Assembly: GCA_002720855.1 (NCBI GenBank)
Contig: PBIN01000006.1
Coordinates: 368 to 64,367 of the forward strand
Reading direction: 5' to 3'
DNA from: Rhodospirillaceae bacterium
GTDB taxonomy: Bacteria; Pseudomonadota; Alphaproteobacteria; MPNO01; UBA2964
Length of the DNA stretch: 64,000 nucleotides
Both the position numbers and the translations under genes were made by a program. Position 1 is the stretch's first letter; every line of letters begins with the position of its first letter. A model generated the notes under the pieces. The model made no database searches. It was given only the letters and a program-made list of their open reading frames with translations, and was not told the DNA's origin. Below are positions 41,935-52,415 of this stretch, one piece after another.

Positions 41935-42585
41935 CTACGGCAAGGCAAGAACGGTTTCCAGAAACAGTTTTATTGATGATGTACTTTTCTCGCCCGGCGA
42001 AATCTCAACACCAGATGAGACGTCGACAGATTGCGCCCCAGTAATACGCACGGCCTCCTCGACATTGTCGATATTGAGACCACCTGACAGCATCCAGTTA
42101 TCCTGCCACGGATGATCTGCAAACAAAGACCAATCAAACGAAAGGGCATTTCCGCCGGGTAGCGCGTCTTTCATATCCTTTGGTGCCTTGGCATCGAAAA
42201 GAATTTGATCTGCGATTGAAGCGTACTTTTCGATTGCGCGAAAATCGCTGGCGGATTCTATGTGAATGGCCTTCATTACCGGCAATCCCGTCGCTTCTTT
42301 AATCGCAACCACCCGTTCGGTGGATTCCTTCCCATGTAGTTGCAACAGGTCGAGTGGCACCCTGCTTAAAATGTCATTTAATGTCTCATCGTCAACATCC
42401 ACAAACAGGCCAACTCTTTGAACCGTTTCTGGAACCATGGCCGATAGCGCCGCCGCCTCGTTAGTCGTTACGGCCCGCGGCGAGGGTGGGTAGAACACCA
42501 GCCCGACAAAAGCAGCACCACCATCAATGGCAGCCTCCATAGCTCCGGGCGCGTTGATGCCGCAAATTTTTGCTTGAACCGACAT
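41935..42585 (-). CDS. trpF: Phosphoribosylanthranilate isomerase
   Basis: KICGI, SPRAV, QLHG.E, LSGGL, VDVSSGVE. Confidence 0.96.
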   Translation of the reverse strand: MSVQAKICGINAPGAMEAAIDGGAAFVGLVFYPPSPRAVTTNEAAALSAMVPETVQRVGLFVDVDDETLNDILSRVPLDLLQLHGKESTERVVAIKEATGLPVMKAIHIESASDFRAIEKYASIADQILFDAKAPKDMKDALPGGNALSFDWSLFADHPWQDNWMLSGGLNIDNVEEAVRITGAQSVDVSSGVEISPGEKSTSSIKLFLETVLALP

Positions 42586-42589
42586 CTCA

Positions 42590-43297
42590 CTAGCCGGCGG
42601 CAATTTCGTCGGAAATCCGGTTTGCCGCAGCTTTCGGGTTATCCGCTTGCGTTATCGGCCGGCCAATGACGAGAAAATCCGCACCCGCTTTTACAGCGTC
42701 TGCCGGTGTCATAATGCGTTTCTGATCATCGGTTGAAGCCCATGCGGGACGAATGCCAGGAACGACCAACAGGCAGTCGGGCCCTAGGGCCGCCCGCAAC
42801 GAAGTGACTTCCTGTGATGAAGCGACGAGACCGTCGGCGCCAGCTGTGCGTGCGAGTTGGCCAAGGCGCAATACTTGATCGGCGACCGGTGGTTTTTGAC
42901 CTATTTGCACCAAATCGTCCGCGCTCAAAGAGGTTAGAATGGTAACAGCAAGAATTTTTGGGCTGGGTGTATCACCTTTTGCTTCTGCAGCTGCCCGGAC
43001 CATCGCAGATCCTCCGGATGCGTGGATCGTTAGCATGAAACAGTCGAGTTCTTTGGCCGCTTTTACGGCACCAGCCACCGTATTTGGAATATCGTGATAT
43101 TTGAGATCGAGAAAAATGCGCTGACCCAATTCGGCGATACGCGCGACACCATCGGGGCCATTCGCAGTAAAAAATTCTTTGCCCAGTTTAAAGCCGCCAA
43201 CAGCCCCTTTTAAATCCTGAGCGAGCTTAATTGCAGCGCTCAAATCGGTGGTATCGATGGCGCAAAATATACGTTCAGCTGGCGTCAGCGTTCCCAT
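42590..43297 (-). CDS. pyrF: Orotidine-5'-phosphate decarboxylase
   Basis: FLDLKYHDIPNTV, VTILTS, VPGIRP, DDQKR, VIGRPIT. Confidence 0.97.
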   Translation of the reverse strand: MGTLTPAERIFCAIDTTDLSAAIKLAQDLKGAVGGFKLGKEFFTANGPDGVARIAELGQRIFLDLKYHDIPNTVAGAVKAAKELDCFMLTIHASGGSAMVRAAAEAKGDTPSPKILAVTILTSLSADDLVQIGQKPPVADQVLRLGQLARTAGADGLVASSQEVTSLRAALGPDCLLVVPGIRPAWASTDDQKRIMTPADAVKAGADFLVIGRPITQADNPKAAANRISDEIAAG

Positions 43298-43375
43298 TAT
43301 CCGTTTCTTCCGGTGGATTTGAAAAATACAGGAGATATATAAGCATCCGCCGCTGATGCGGCAATGGAACTTTCG

Positions 43376-43738
43376 TCAGTCTTGGTTTAGCGCGAGTTTG
43401 CGATTTTGTTCGGCCCGAACCGACTGTGGAATCTGGATGGTATTCGAATTTTCGTTGACTGCGTTTTCCAGTGCCTCGGCCCGTTTTCGCTGGGACTTCG
43501 CAAGCCATTTCAGGCGCAATCGTGAAAAAGATGAAAGTCCGGTCCCAATGATCAGACCCAATGCCATTGCACCCAGAATTAGAGCAAAGAGGGGTAGATC
43601 CAACGAAAAAGGTAGTGGCGTAAATTTGATCGTCACGATCTCACGATTGAAGACCGCAAATGTACCGGCTAACACCACAATGCTGCCCAATATTGTCCAA
43701 ATCAGGACGTGATATATAAAACGGAAAATTCTACCCAT
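43376..43738 (-). CDS. lapA: LapA (LPS assembly protein A)-family membrane protein
   Basis: Two TM helices around FAVFNR..V, basic coiled-coil tail; located between ihfB and pyrF. Confidence 0.75.
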   Translation of the reverse strand: MGRIFRFIYHVLIWTILGSIVVLAGTFAVFNREIVTIKFTPLPFSLDLPLFALILGAMALGLIIGTGLSSFSRLRLKWLAKSQRKRAEALENAVNENSNTIQIPQSVRAEQNRKLALNQD

Positions 43739-43804
43739 CTGTTATCGAGCGGATATGGGTGAACATGTGAAGCACCGGTAAAGTGCGATGCGGTGCTATT
43801 AGCG

Positions 43805-44092
43805 TTATACCTGTGGCGTATTGAGCCGAATTCTCAGGTCTTTCCCGACCTTGAAAAACGGCACGGATTTCCGGGCGACAAATACGGTTTCTCCGGTACG
43901 CGGATTTCGACCCGTCCTGGAATCCCTGTTCTTAACCGAAAAAGCGCCAAATCCCCGCAGTTCCACACGATCTCCACGCGATAATGCTGCGGAAACTTCG
44001 TCAAAGACTGTAGACACAATACGTTCAACGTCGCGTTGATATAGATGCGGATTCTTTTCCGCCAAACGAATAATCAATTCAGACTTGGTCAT
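43805..44092 (-). CDS. ihfB: Integration host factor beta subunit
   Basis: [23 protein letters not shown]. Confidence 0.97.
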   Translation of the reverse strand: MTKSELIIRLAEKNPHLYQRDVERIVSTVFDEVSAALSRGDRVELRGFGAFSVKNRDSRTGRNPRTGETVFVARKSVPFFKVGKDLRIRLNTPQV

Positions 44093-44152
44093 TGCAACCC
44101 GCCTCTGGTTTGCCTAACACAGCAACCCCCCCGGTGCTGTCTGATGTAACCA

Positions 44153-45064
44153 TCATTGCAACCAAGGGTGCCAGACGGATACCAGTCCGTCAAGGATAAG
44201 TCTTTCAGAAAGCGACGTTTTTTGTACTATAGAGGATGCGTAATCCAGCCAGTCTTCGACCTCACGGCGAACACGAATTTCACGAATAGGAATAGATTTA
44301 TCGATCTTCTTTTCACTAGCGAGCCATCGTTTGGCCTGGCGCTCATTACCAATCTCGTCGACCAATCCATTCTTTAGCGCCATTCGACCTGTATACACCC
44401 GGCCGTCAGCGAGACCGCGCACTTTTTCAAGCGTCATATCGCGGTTTTTCACGATCATATCGACAAACATCGAATACATGTCATCGACCAAAAGTTTGGT
44501 CGCTTCCCTTACTTTGGGTGTGACTTTTGAGAACGGCGACGGTTCCGCTTTCAACGGGGCACTTTTTATGGCCTCGAATTTAACGCCGAGTTTGCTGAGG
44601 AGCTCGGTAACCTCGGCGGTTTGAAACAAGACGCCAATCGAACCCGTGATGGTCCCTTCATGCGCTATAATCCGATCAGAGGCGACAGCAACCATATAGC
44701 CGGCCGACGTCGCCAACTCGTCCATGACAGCGATGACGGGTTTTTCCTTACGAACCCGGTTTAGTGCCCGATGCAAGGCCTCGCCGCCAACAACAGTGCC
44801 GCCCGGCGAGTTTATACGCACAATCAGTGCTTTGGCATTATCGTCCTTGCGAATCTCGTCGATTACACTGAGACGTTTGAGGTCGTTATGAATAATGCTG
44901 TCGATGTTCAGGCGAGCAATATAATCGCCTGATTTAACACCGGTGTAATCAAAAACACTGGCCCCAATAGCGGCCACAATTGCGACGATGGCAGCCGTTC
45001 GCCATACCGTCAGGCGACGCTTCAAACGCCGCCGGTCGATGAGGTAATCAGCATCCATGACCAA
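44153..45064 (-). CDS. sppA: Signal peptide peptidase SppA (S49)
   Basis: INSPGG, ATSAGY, TGSIGV, DGRVYTG. Confidence 0.93.
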   Translation of the reverse strand: MVMDADYLIDRRRLKRRLTVWRTAAIVAIVAAIGASVFDYTGVKSGDYIARLNIDSIIHNDLKRLSVIDEIRKDDNAKALIVRINSPGGTVVGGEALHRALNRVRKEKPVIAVMDELATSAGYMVAVASDRIIAHEGTITGSIGVLFQTAEVTELLSKLGVKFEAIKSAPLKAEPSPFSKVTPKVREATKLLVDDMYSMFVDMIVKNRDMTLEKVRGLADGRVYTGRMALKNGLVDEIGNERQAKRWLASEKKIDKSIPIREIRVRREVEDWLDYASSIVQKTSLSERLILDGLVSVWHPWLQ

Positions 45065-45104
45065 ACGCCATGCTTATCGATAAGCCATATCGTGATAGAC
45101 CGGC

Positions 45105-47000
45105 TTAGTCTTTCTTGTCCGCTTCCTCGCTGTCATCTGATTCTACATCCTCGCCAGGTGCCTCTTCTTCTGGAGCGTTTTCCTCTTCAGTTGCAGCCTC
45201 TTCAACAGCGTCTTCTTCCTTGCTGTCTTCAGAAGCTGTTTCATCAGCAGGGGCCGCTTCAACCGGTGCAGATTCTTCGTCACCGTCGTCTCCCTCCGCC
45301 TTCCGAATTGCCGCACCAAGAATGTCGCCAAGGCTGGCACCTGAATCCGAGGATCCGTAATGCGCCATGGCTTCTTTCTCTTCACTGATCTCCTGTGCTT
45401 TTACGGACAAGGTTAGTTTGTGGTCACGCCGATCAATATTGGTGATCTGAGCGTCGATCCGATCACCGACGGCAAACCGGTCCGGACGCTGTTCGCTTCG
45501 TTCCCGGGACAAATCTGCACGTCGGATAAAGCCCTGTAACCCGCTGGAAACGGTAACTTCGAGACCACCATCGGTGACGGCACTTACGGTGCAGGTGACG
45601 ACTTCACCTTTCTTGAGTTCGCCAGCAGCTGATTCAAAAGGATCTTCGGTCAGCTGTTTTATGCCAAGAGAAATTCGTTCTTTCTCGATGTCGATATCGA
45701 GAACCTTGGCTTTGACCATGTCGCCCTTATTGTATTCAGCGACGGCGTCTTCACCTGATTTCTCCCAAGACAAATCAGAAAGATGAATCATGCCGTCGAT
45801 ATCGCCGGGCAGACCGACAAACAGACCAAACTCTGTGATGTTTTTGATCTCGCCTTCGATTTCCGTACCAACGGTGAAACTAGATTCAAAATCCGTCCAC
45901 GGATTTTCCTGTGTTTGTTTGATACCGAGAGAAATCCGGCGCTTGCTTTGATCGACATCTAGCACCATGACCTCGACTTCCTGGCTTGTAGATATAATCT
46001 TGCCAGGATGAACATTCTTCTTGGTCCAGCTCATTTCAGAAACATGAACGAGACCTTCAACACCGGGCTCTAATTCAACAAATGCACCATAATCAGTGAT
46101 GTTGCTGACCCGTCCGGTGAAAACACCTTCGAGCGGATATTTGGTCTCGATACTGTCCCAGGGATCCGCTTCCAGCTGCTTCATACCAAGCGAAATTCGC
46201 TGCGTTTCGGCATTGAAACGAATGACCTGAACGTTGACTGTCTGACCGACTGTCAGAACTTCACTCGGATGGTTGATGCGACGCCAGGCCATATCAGTGA
46301 CGTGGAGGAGACCATCGACACCGCCGAGGTCCACAAAGGCACCGTAATCAGTCAGGTTCTTGACGATACCTTCGATTACCTGTCCTTCTGTCAGACCGGC
46401 GAGAAGCTCATTACGTTGTTCGGCTCGGGATTCTTCAAGAACCGCGCGGCGGGAAACAACGATGTTGCCGCGGCGGCGATCCATCTTGAGGATCTGAAAT
46501 GGCTGTGGGTTGCCCATAAGAGGATTGATATCGCGAACGGGACGCACATCGACCTGACTACCCGGAAGAAACGCAACGGCCCCAGAAAGATCAACCGTGA
46601 AACCGCCTTTGACTCTGCCAAAGATCGATCCCATGACACGTTCCTGGTCATTAAAAGCCTTTTCAAGCAGGGTCCAGGCCTCTTCACGCCGCGCCTTTTC
46701 CCGCGACAGCATGGCTTCGCCCTGGCTGTCTTCCATTCTTTCAAGATAAACATCGACGATGTCACCGGATGAAATTTCCGGCGTAGTGCCGGGTGCTCCG
46801 AATTCGCGTAGTGCCACGCGGCCTTCGGATTTCAAACCTACGTCAATCAGAACTGAATCGCCCTCAACTGCAATGACTGTTCCCTTGACCACAGTACCTT
46901 CAGTGAGCTCGCCCTCGCCGAAGGTTTCCTCGAGCATTCCGGCAAAATCCTCATCGGACATTGCAACATCTGCATCGGGATTCCCTAACTCAATCGCCAT
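45105..47000 (-). CDS. rpsA: 30S ribosomal protein S1
   Basis: Six S1 repeats (DYGAFVDLGG, GLLHVTD, RISLG.KQ); acidic tail. Confidence 0.98.
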   Translation of the reverse strand: MAIELGNPDADVAMSDEDFAGMLEETFGEGELTEGTVVKGTVIAVEGDSVLIDVGLKSEGRVALREFGAPGTTPEISSGDIVDVYLERMEDSQGEAMLSREKARREEAWTLLEKAFNDQERVMGSIFGRVKGGFTVDLSGAVAFLPGSQVDVRPVRDINPLMGNPQPFQILKMDRRRGNIVVSRRAVLEESRAEQRNELLAGLTEGQVIEGIVKNLTDYGAFVDLGGVDGLLHVTDMAWRRINHPSEVLTVGQTVNVQVIRFNAETQRISLGMKQLEADPWDSIETKYPLEGVFTGRVSNITDYGAFVELEPGVEGLVHVSEMSWTKKNVHPGKIISTSQEVEVMVLDVDQSKRRISLGIKQTQENPWTDFESSFTVGTEIEGEIKNITEFGLFVGLPGDIDGMIHLSDLSWEKSGEDAVAEYNKGDMVKAKVLDIDIEKERISLGIKQLTEDPFESAAGELKKGEVVTCTVSAVTDGGLEVTVSSGLQGFIRRADLSRERSEQRPDRFAVGDRIDAQITNIDRRDHKLTLSVKAQEISEEKEAMAHYGSSDSGASLGDILGAAIRKAEGDDGDEESAPVEAAPADETASEDSKEEDAVEEAATEEENAPEEEAPGEDVESDDSEEADKKD

Positions 47001-47106
47001 TCGTGTATTAAACCATTTCCTTCCATCTGGTCCCCAATCGGGGCCTTTTCCAAGGTCGCACACGGGTTGGTCCCCAATGGACCGCTGCCCTACCCTTGCG
47101 CTCTTG

Positions 47107-47766
47107 TTACGCCTTGGACTCGTTCCGCTTACTGATGAACTCTAACGCGGTTGCAAATACGGCATCGGCATCCATAGTGGTAGTATCCAAGATGAACGCA
47201 TCCTCAGCCGGTACTAACGGCGCAACACTTCGCGAACTGTCGCGGGTGTCGCGCTCACGCATATCCTGCAGAACGCGCGCATGTATAGCGTCTACGCCCC
47301 GTTCCCGCAACTCTTTAACCCGGCGATCTGCCCGGGTTTCCACATCGGCATCGACGAAGATTTTGTAGTCTGCCTCCGGACAAATCACGGTTCCGATATC
47401 ACGACCATCGAGAATTGCTCCTTCGACATCGCCTGGCGGTTTTTTGGCAAAATTCCGTTGTTGTTCTATTAACGCCGTCCGTACCGCGGGGATAGCGGCA
47501 ACCATGCTGGCACGTTGAGTGATTTTCTCGTCACGCAGAGCCGGATTTTCCATCGTCTCGGGTGTTATCGCCTTTACGGCCTCGATGGCTATTTCTTCGC
47601 TAATCTTTTCTGAGTTGGGATACAAAGATGCGGTCAAAAAACCGGTTGCCCGATACAATAATCCGGTATCGAGGTATGCATAATTTAAGGCCGTAGCGAG
47701 GCGTCGGGCGAGAGTGCCCTTGCCACTTGCTGCTGTTCCATCAACCGCAATGACGGGACTCGTCAC
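47107..47766 (-). CDS. cmk: Cytidylate kinase
   Basis: [28 protein letters not shown]. Confidence 0.96.
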   Translation of the reverse strand: MTSPVIAVDGTAASGKGTLARRLATALNYAYLDTGLLYRATGFLTASLYPNSEKISEEIAIEAVKAITPETMENPALRDEKITQRASMVAAIPAVRTALIEQQRNFAKKPPGDVEGAILDGRDIGTVICPEADYKIFVDADVETRADRRVKELRERGVDAIHARVLQDMRERDTRDSSRSVAPLVPAEDAFILDTTTMDADAVFATALEFISKRNESKA

Positions 47767-49091
47767 GTTGTTTCCTCAATTTTTGCCCCGAGACCGTTCA
47801 TAAGTTCGACAAATGCGGGGAAACTCGTACCGATATGACCGGCATCGTCGATTTCAACCGCGTTTTTTGCGGCCATACCCATTACTAAAAACGACATTGC
47901 TATACGATGATCCATCCGGGATTCTATTCTTGCTCCGCCCGCCAGTTGCCCTGGAGAACCGGTAACAATCAAATCATCACCTTCGACGTCAACTATAACA
48001 CCGCACGCACGAAGCCCGTCGACGATTGCCGCCAGTCGGTCACTTTCTTTCACGCGCAATTCTGCAAGCCCCTGCATCAGGGTGACGCCTTCTGCGGTGG
48101 CAGCGGCGACGGCGAGGATCGGATATTCATCGATCATTGAGGGAGCGCGCTCTGGCGGTACAGTTACACCATTGAGTTTGCTGCTTCGGACCAGAAGATC
48201 AGCAACGGGTTCGCCCGCTTGTTCACGCTCATTGTTTACGTCAATGGTTGCGCCCATTTCTCGAAGCGTTTCAATTAAACCGATCCGCAACGGGTTGAGT
48301 CCAACATTACTGATCGTAATTTCAGCGTCTTGCGAAATAAGACCTGCTACAAGAGGAAATGCTGCAGACGATGGATCACCGGGAACGTTAACTTCCCGGC
48401 CTTCGAGTTCAGGTTGCCCAGTGACTGTTATTACCCGGCGATCTTCCTCTTCATCTACGACCGATACGTTCGCGCCAAAATGGCGCAACATGAGTTCCGT
48501 GTGATCGCGGCTCGGCCGGGATTCTACAACGCTGGTCTTTCCCGGCGTATTAAGCCCTGCGAGAAGTACCGCGGACTTTACCTGCGCTGACGGCACTGGC
48601 AGGACGTACTCGATCGGCATAGGCATTTTTGCGCCCGTTACGGTCAACGGCATTTTATCACCGTTGCGGGCGATAACCTGCGTCCCTATCTGGCTGAGCG
48701 GCTCCGCGATTCGTCCCATGGGCCGGCTTCGAAGAGAGGCATCTCCCGTAAACTGCGCTGTAATTGGGTGCGTGCCCACAAGCCCCATAAGCAATCGGGC
48801 GCCCGTTCCGGCGTTACCGAGATCAAGCACATTGTCGGGTTCACGGAGACCACCGACGCCAACACCAAAAACACGCCATTGATCATCGGAATCACGAAGA
48901 ATTGTAACGCCCATCGCTTCCATTGCTGTCGCGGTCCGCAAAACGTCATCGCCGAGCAAAAGCCCGCGAATTGTCGTCTCGCCGACTGCCATCCCCCCGA
49001 TCATCAGCGCCCGATGCGAAATAGATTTATCGCCGGGAACGCCGATTTTTCCTCTGAGACCGTTAACTGGTACGGAGACGAGGCCCGTCAT
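47763..49091 (-). CDS. aroA: EPSP synthase (class II)
   Basis: [43 protein letters not shown]. Confidence 0.98.
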   Translation of the reverse strand: MTGLVSVPVNGLRGKIGVPGDKSISHRALMIGGMAVGETTIRGLLLGDDVLRTATAMEAMGVTILRDSDDQWRVFGVGVGGLREPDNVLDLGNAGTGARLLMGLVGTHPITAQFTGDASLRSRPMGRIAEPLSQIGTQVIARNGDKMPLTVTGAKMPMPIEYVLPVPSAQVKSAVLLAGLNTPGKTSVVESRPSRDHTELMLRHFGANVSVVDEEEDRRVITVTGQPELEGREVNVPGDPSSAAFPLVAGLISQDAEITISNVGLNPLRIGLIETLREMGATIDVNNEREQAGEPVADLLVRSSKLNGVTVPPERAPSMIDEYPILAVAAATAEGVTLMQGLAELRVKESDRLAAIVDGLRACGVIVDVEGDDLIVTGSPGQLAGGARIESRMDHRIAMSFLVMGMAAKNAVEIDDAGHIGTSFPAFVELMNGLGAKIEETT

Positions 49092-49280
49092 GGCCTAACC
49101 CTTTCTTAGCAATTGGCCGGATATCACTGTTTTACCACCCGCAAATCAGTAGACGGGCAGTCTGTAGCACATCGGTTGGGGGTCACAATAGAAGAACATT
49201 AATGCAATTTTGCTTTTGACAGCATTTGCGGATCGTGGCATTGGCATTTTATAAATTTGATCTGACGCACGGAGGAAAAG

Positions 49281-49667
49281 TTGGCGAAGCCCGAATGGGG
49301 TGAAAAACGGATTTGTATGAGCTGCGGTGCAAAGTTCTACGACATGCTGCGCAGCCCGATCGTTTGCCCGACATGTGAGACCGAGTTTGTTCCTGCAACA
49401 CCTGGCCGTGGTCGGGGTAAAGCGGCTGCTGCTGCGGCGGCTCCAGCCCCTGAACCTGCTAAGCCAACAGATGAGGAAAAAGCCGCTGAATTGACTGATG
49501 AGGATGACGAGGAGCTGCCGGACGATCCCGCCCTTGAAATCCTTGATGACGATGATGATGACGATGACGATCTGATTGAGGACGTTGCAGATCTGGGCGA
49601 CGACGATGATGACGTACTCGAAGTGATCGATAGCGGTCCGGAGAAGCCAGATGATCCTGCGGGATAA
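49281..49667 (+). CDS. TIGR02300 (FYDLN-acid) family protein
   Basis: W G.KR.C..CGAKFYD...P..CP.C followed by a very acidic tail; GGAGG RBS. Confidence 0.9.
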   Translation: MAKPEWGEKRICMSCGAKFYDMLRSPIVCPTCETEFVPATPGRGRGKAAAAAAAPAPEPAKPTDEEKAAELTDEDDEELPDDPALEILDDDDDDDDDLIEDVADLGDDDDDVLEVIDSGPEKPDDPAG

Positions 49668-49801
49668 CGGTTAACTCAGTTTACCAAGGCTGGATTAATC
49701 GATTAGGTCTTGCGCGGCGGACCACAGTTTCAGTAGTTTCCGCGTCTGCGCCGCACCGGCGGCCGAAATGACGGGCGGTTCCGCCCACCGGTAAAGAATT
49801 T

Positions 49802-49877
<76 letters not shown>

Positions 49878-49881
49878 AGTA

Positions 49882-49916
49882 AATCAAGGGCTTAGTCAGA
49901 AATGACTAAGCCCTTG
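49882..49916. repeat. 14-bp perfect inverted repeat overlapping an IHF consensus, just inside the left att site
   Basis: CAAGGGCTTAGTCA-GAAA-TGACTAAGCCCTTG; AATCAAGGGCTTA matches WATCAA-N4-TTR. Confidence 0.75.
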
Positions 49917-50092
49917 GTGTCTCTGGGTAGCAAATTGACGCCTATTGCGTTCGAATTATCTATTTTTGCGATTGGTGGATGTCATACGAAGAATTATCAA
50001 TGAATCCATAGTGAACTGAGGCGATTGGACCCAAAGACCCAACAAGCCTTCGACGGTCAATTCTCGAACACGACAGTCGACTATCCAAGGTT

Positions 50093-50701
50093 CTAATCAT
50101 ATTCAGAGTAATTTTTGGGATAATCCTCGATATCCCTAGCAAGCCATAGTTCTCTGAGTTCTAAGAATTCTTCCAATGGAAATCGCTTGCGCCCCATTCT
50201 ATAGCTTTTCAATTTGTGCAGAGAGTGTTGCCGATCGATCATGTGATATAGGCGGTCGCCTAATTCCTGATAGGTCATCTCCATACAAATTTCGGGCTCA
50301 TCCTCTGGCTCTTTGTCATCTTCGTGAATTTCATCGTCTGCATAGAAACTCATCCAGAGCATTTTTCGGTCAGTCTCGTGTCTTTCGAATTCGAATATTC
50401 GGTTTCCTGGTTCATCTGGAAAGTTAACTCTACCGCTGTCTTCATTTTTAACGACCGCCATGCAAAGTTCGATCAACAACCACAAGGGTTCCTCCCAAAT
50501 ATTTGAGATCCGGTAGCTAAATATTTTGCGAAACACTGTGATATGCAAATGGGACCACCCAAAAGTATGTAGTTAGAAATGTAAATCCACCTCGGGGTCA
50601 TCGGGCGGCAAATTGTCATTACTGAGCGGATCATCTGCGTTTGGCTTGTCGTATACTTGCGCGAAATATTCTTCAATCAGGTCGATGATCTGCCCACGCA
50701 T
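50093..50701 (-). pseudogene. Hypothetical protein interrupted by an in-frame TAA (50573-50575)
   Basis: AGAAAGGG RBS and ATG at 50701, MRGQIIDLIEE...DLHF*LHTFGWSHLHIT, continuing in frame into the 151-aa track ORF. Confidence 0.65.
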
Positions 50702-50829
50702 GATCGTGCCCTTTCTATTATTTATCAGTGCATTCGTCTCTTAAGAGGTCACCAGTAACCATCTTCCCATTCGAAATCCGGCAAACACCCCTCATTTCGA
50801 ACTATTCGGTCGTCTACTGACATCCAAAT

Positions 50830-51103
50830 TTATCGATGCTCCCAACATACAATGGTACCTTCAAAATAGTCCTTGTACTCATGCTCGATAAGCAACTCAC
50901 AATCCACAAGCTGCTCATTTTTTCCACGGGGAATCAGAAATATTCACTGCTGGACTTTTTATATCCTCGACGGAGAAATGCAGGCTGGCGTATCTGCACA
51001 CTGTAGCTTCATCAGCTGCAAATACGTCACGGGAAGAATTTTGCCGCCTGTTCTTCCAGTAAGGGTCATCGGATTCGACAGGAGTAGGTCTGAAGACGGG
51101 CAT
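50830..51103 (-). pseudogene. Small hypothetical protein with a +1 frameshift in an A6 run
   Basis: AGGAG RBS, MPVFRPTP...SDSPWK; removing one A (50918-50923) continues NEQLVDCELL...WEHR*; span 274 nt = 273+1. Confidence 0.6.
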
Positions 51104-51135
51104 GCCAAGAGCTCCTACACTTCCATTCAAAACCT

Positions 51136-51339
51136 TTAAGAATCTTGACCCTGCAATCCCTCTCTGCATTTGAACTTCATTCCGCAGTAGAGAGTGTAAC
51201 CACCGCGCTTGTAGAGCATCTTGTAGACATATGTATCTCGAGTTGAACTGTAGTTTTTAATCTTTGTCTGTCCCGCCTCTGCAATCGGTGGCAAGGCAAC
51301 TATCCAAATACAAGATGCAGCAAACGCCGATCTAACCAT
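51136..51339 (-). pseudogene. Truncated secreted endonuclease I (EndA)-like N-terminus
   Basis: Signal peptide plus LY..GGYTLYCG.KF; ends before the expected EH.(V/Y)P catalytic motif. Confidence 0.5.
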
Positions 51340-51624
51340 TGCAAGTCCAACTTGTTTATTGATCAACTCACTCTACCAATAATTGATTGTCTTCTTGATG
51401 GGGAGTCGCAAGTTTGGTTAACAGTCTTCCTGCCAACACAACAGGCCACCACCGACGATGTTGCGGGTTATTGCGCCTATGAAATTGAACAAGGCATTAA
51501 ACTGAACACACTGGACCCAGTCAAATGAAGAATGTATTCCGCTACCTTCGAATTTCGGAGGGAGTAAAGTCTGGTCACCTGGCTCGTACCAGGTGGATCG
51601 ATTGACGGACAGTGGGTGGATCGA

Positions 51625-51888
51625 ATGACTGACAAAAGAAATATTATCCGAGTTTTGGGTAGGTGGTTCTATATTTTTTTCATGGGGTTTGCCGTTTTGT
51701 GGTGGTTCAGTGCAGTTTTGTGGTTCGGAATTAGTTTTTTCAGCCCTGACGGTAAATATGGCAGCGTGCCTATTTGGAGCTTTGCGTTCGGAATTTTAGT
51801 AGTCGGTTTGATCATTTTTGGCATTGGCCGTTTGGTGTTACGGCTTACAAATGGTACAGGCTACACTTTTTTGGGCCTTCCAAAATGA
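51625..51888 (+). CDS. Small two-TM hypothetical membrane protein
   Basis: Two hydrophobic segments; inside the islet. Confidence 0.5.
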   Translation: MTDKRNIIRVLGRWFYIFFMGFAVLWWFSAVLWFGISFFSPDGKYGSVPIWSFAFGILVVGLIIFGIGRLVLRLTNGTGYTFLGLPK

Positions 51889-52277
51889 CAGAATGGCGCA
51901 AACAAAAAATGCGGGTCCTCCCTGATGCAATGTATGGTCAGGGTTGGTGGGGTCACATGCACGACGAACAAGCGGAAGAAGCAAAAGCGCAAGTTGGTGG
52001 TCATCGTGCCCGTTTATTGTCAATTGATAGAAAGGCTACCTATGGGCAGGCAGCAGAGGAGTTGGAGACGCGGATGATTGAGCGGGATTGGTAATGGCAA
52101 AAGTTGACCTCGGTTAGAGCGCTAATGCCATCTGGATCGATAGCGCGTGTGGTGGATAACGCTGCAGCCTCTCCTAATACCTACAGAATCTGAATATGAG
52201 TCTGTGGTTCGGAGTTTTGCAGCGACCAGGCTGCACCTTCCATGTCGTGGATCAGCTGATCTAACGAAAGGCTTTCT

Positions 52278-52292
52278 GATTGGCTCCACCAA
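52278..52292 (+). repeat. Distal att site: direct repeat of the tRNA-Ala 3' end
   Basis: 15-bp exact match, 18/19 including upstream TTC(T/C). Confidence 0.85.
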
Positions 52293-52300
52293 ATTGAAAT

Positions 52301-52330
52301 GGGCCCTGTTGTTTAAGCAGGGCTCTTTTT
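52301..52330 (+). terminator. Rho-independent terminator (probably the original tRNA-Ala terminator)
   Basis: GGGCCCTGTT-GTTT-AAGCAGGGCTC-TTTTT immediately after the att repeat. Confidence 0.7.
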
Positions 52331-52415
52331 ATGCAACTGTTTGTACATTGGACGGGAAACCGCTTAGCTGGTTAAACTGAGGCAGGCTTTTAGATCCGGG
52401 ACAAATTTCCGAAAT

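Noticed and set aside
49490-49625. GAT/GAC-rich repeats in TIGR02300, and similar acidic stretches in RpsA and RpoN
   Set aside because: Low-complexity acidic coding sequence typical of these families; not an array.
51774-52380. Track ORFs 51774-52094 and 52147-52380
   Set aside because: No recognisable motifs; the second runs across the att repeat and terminator. Likely islet debris.
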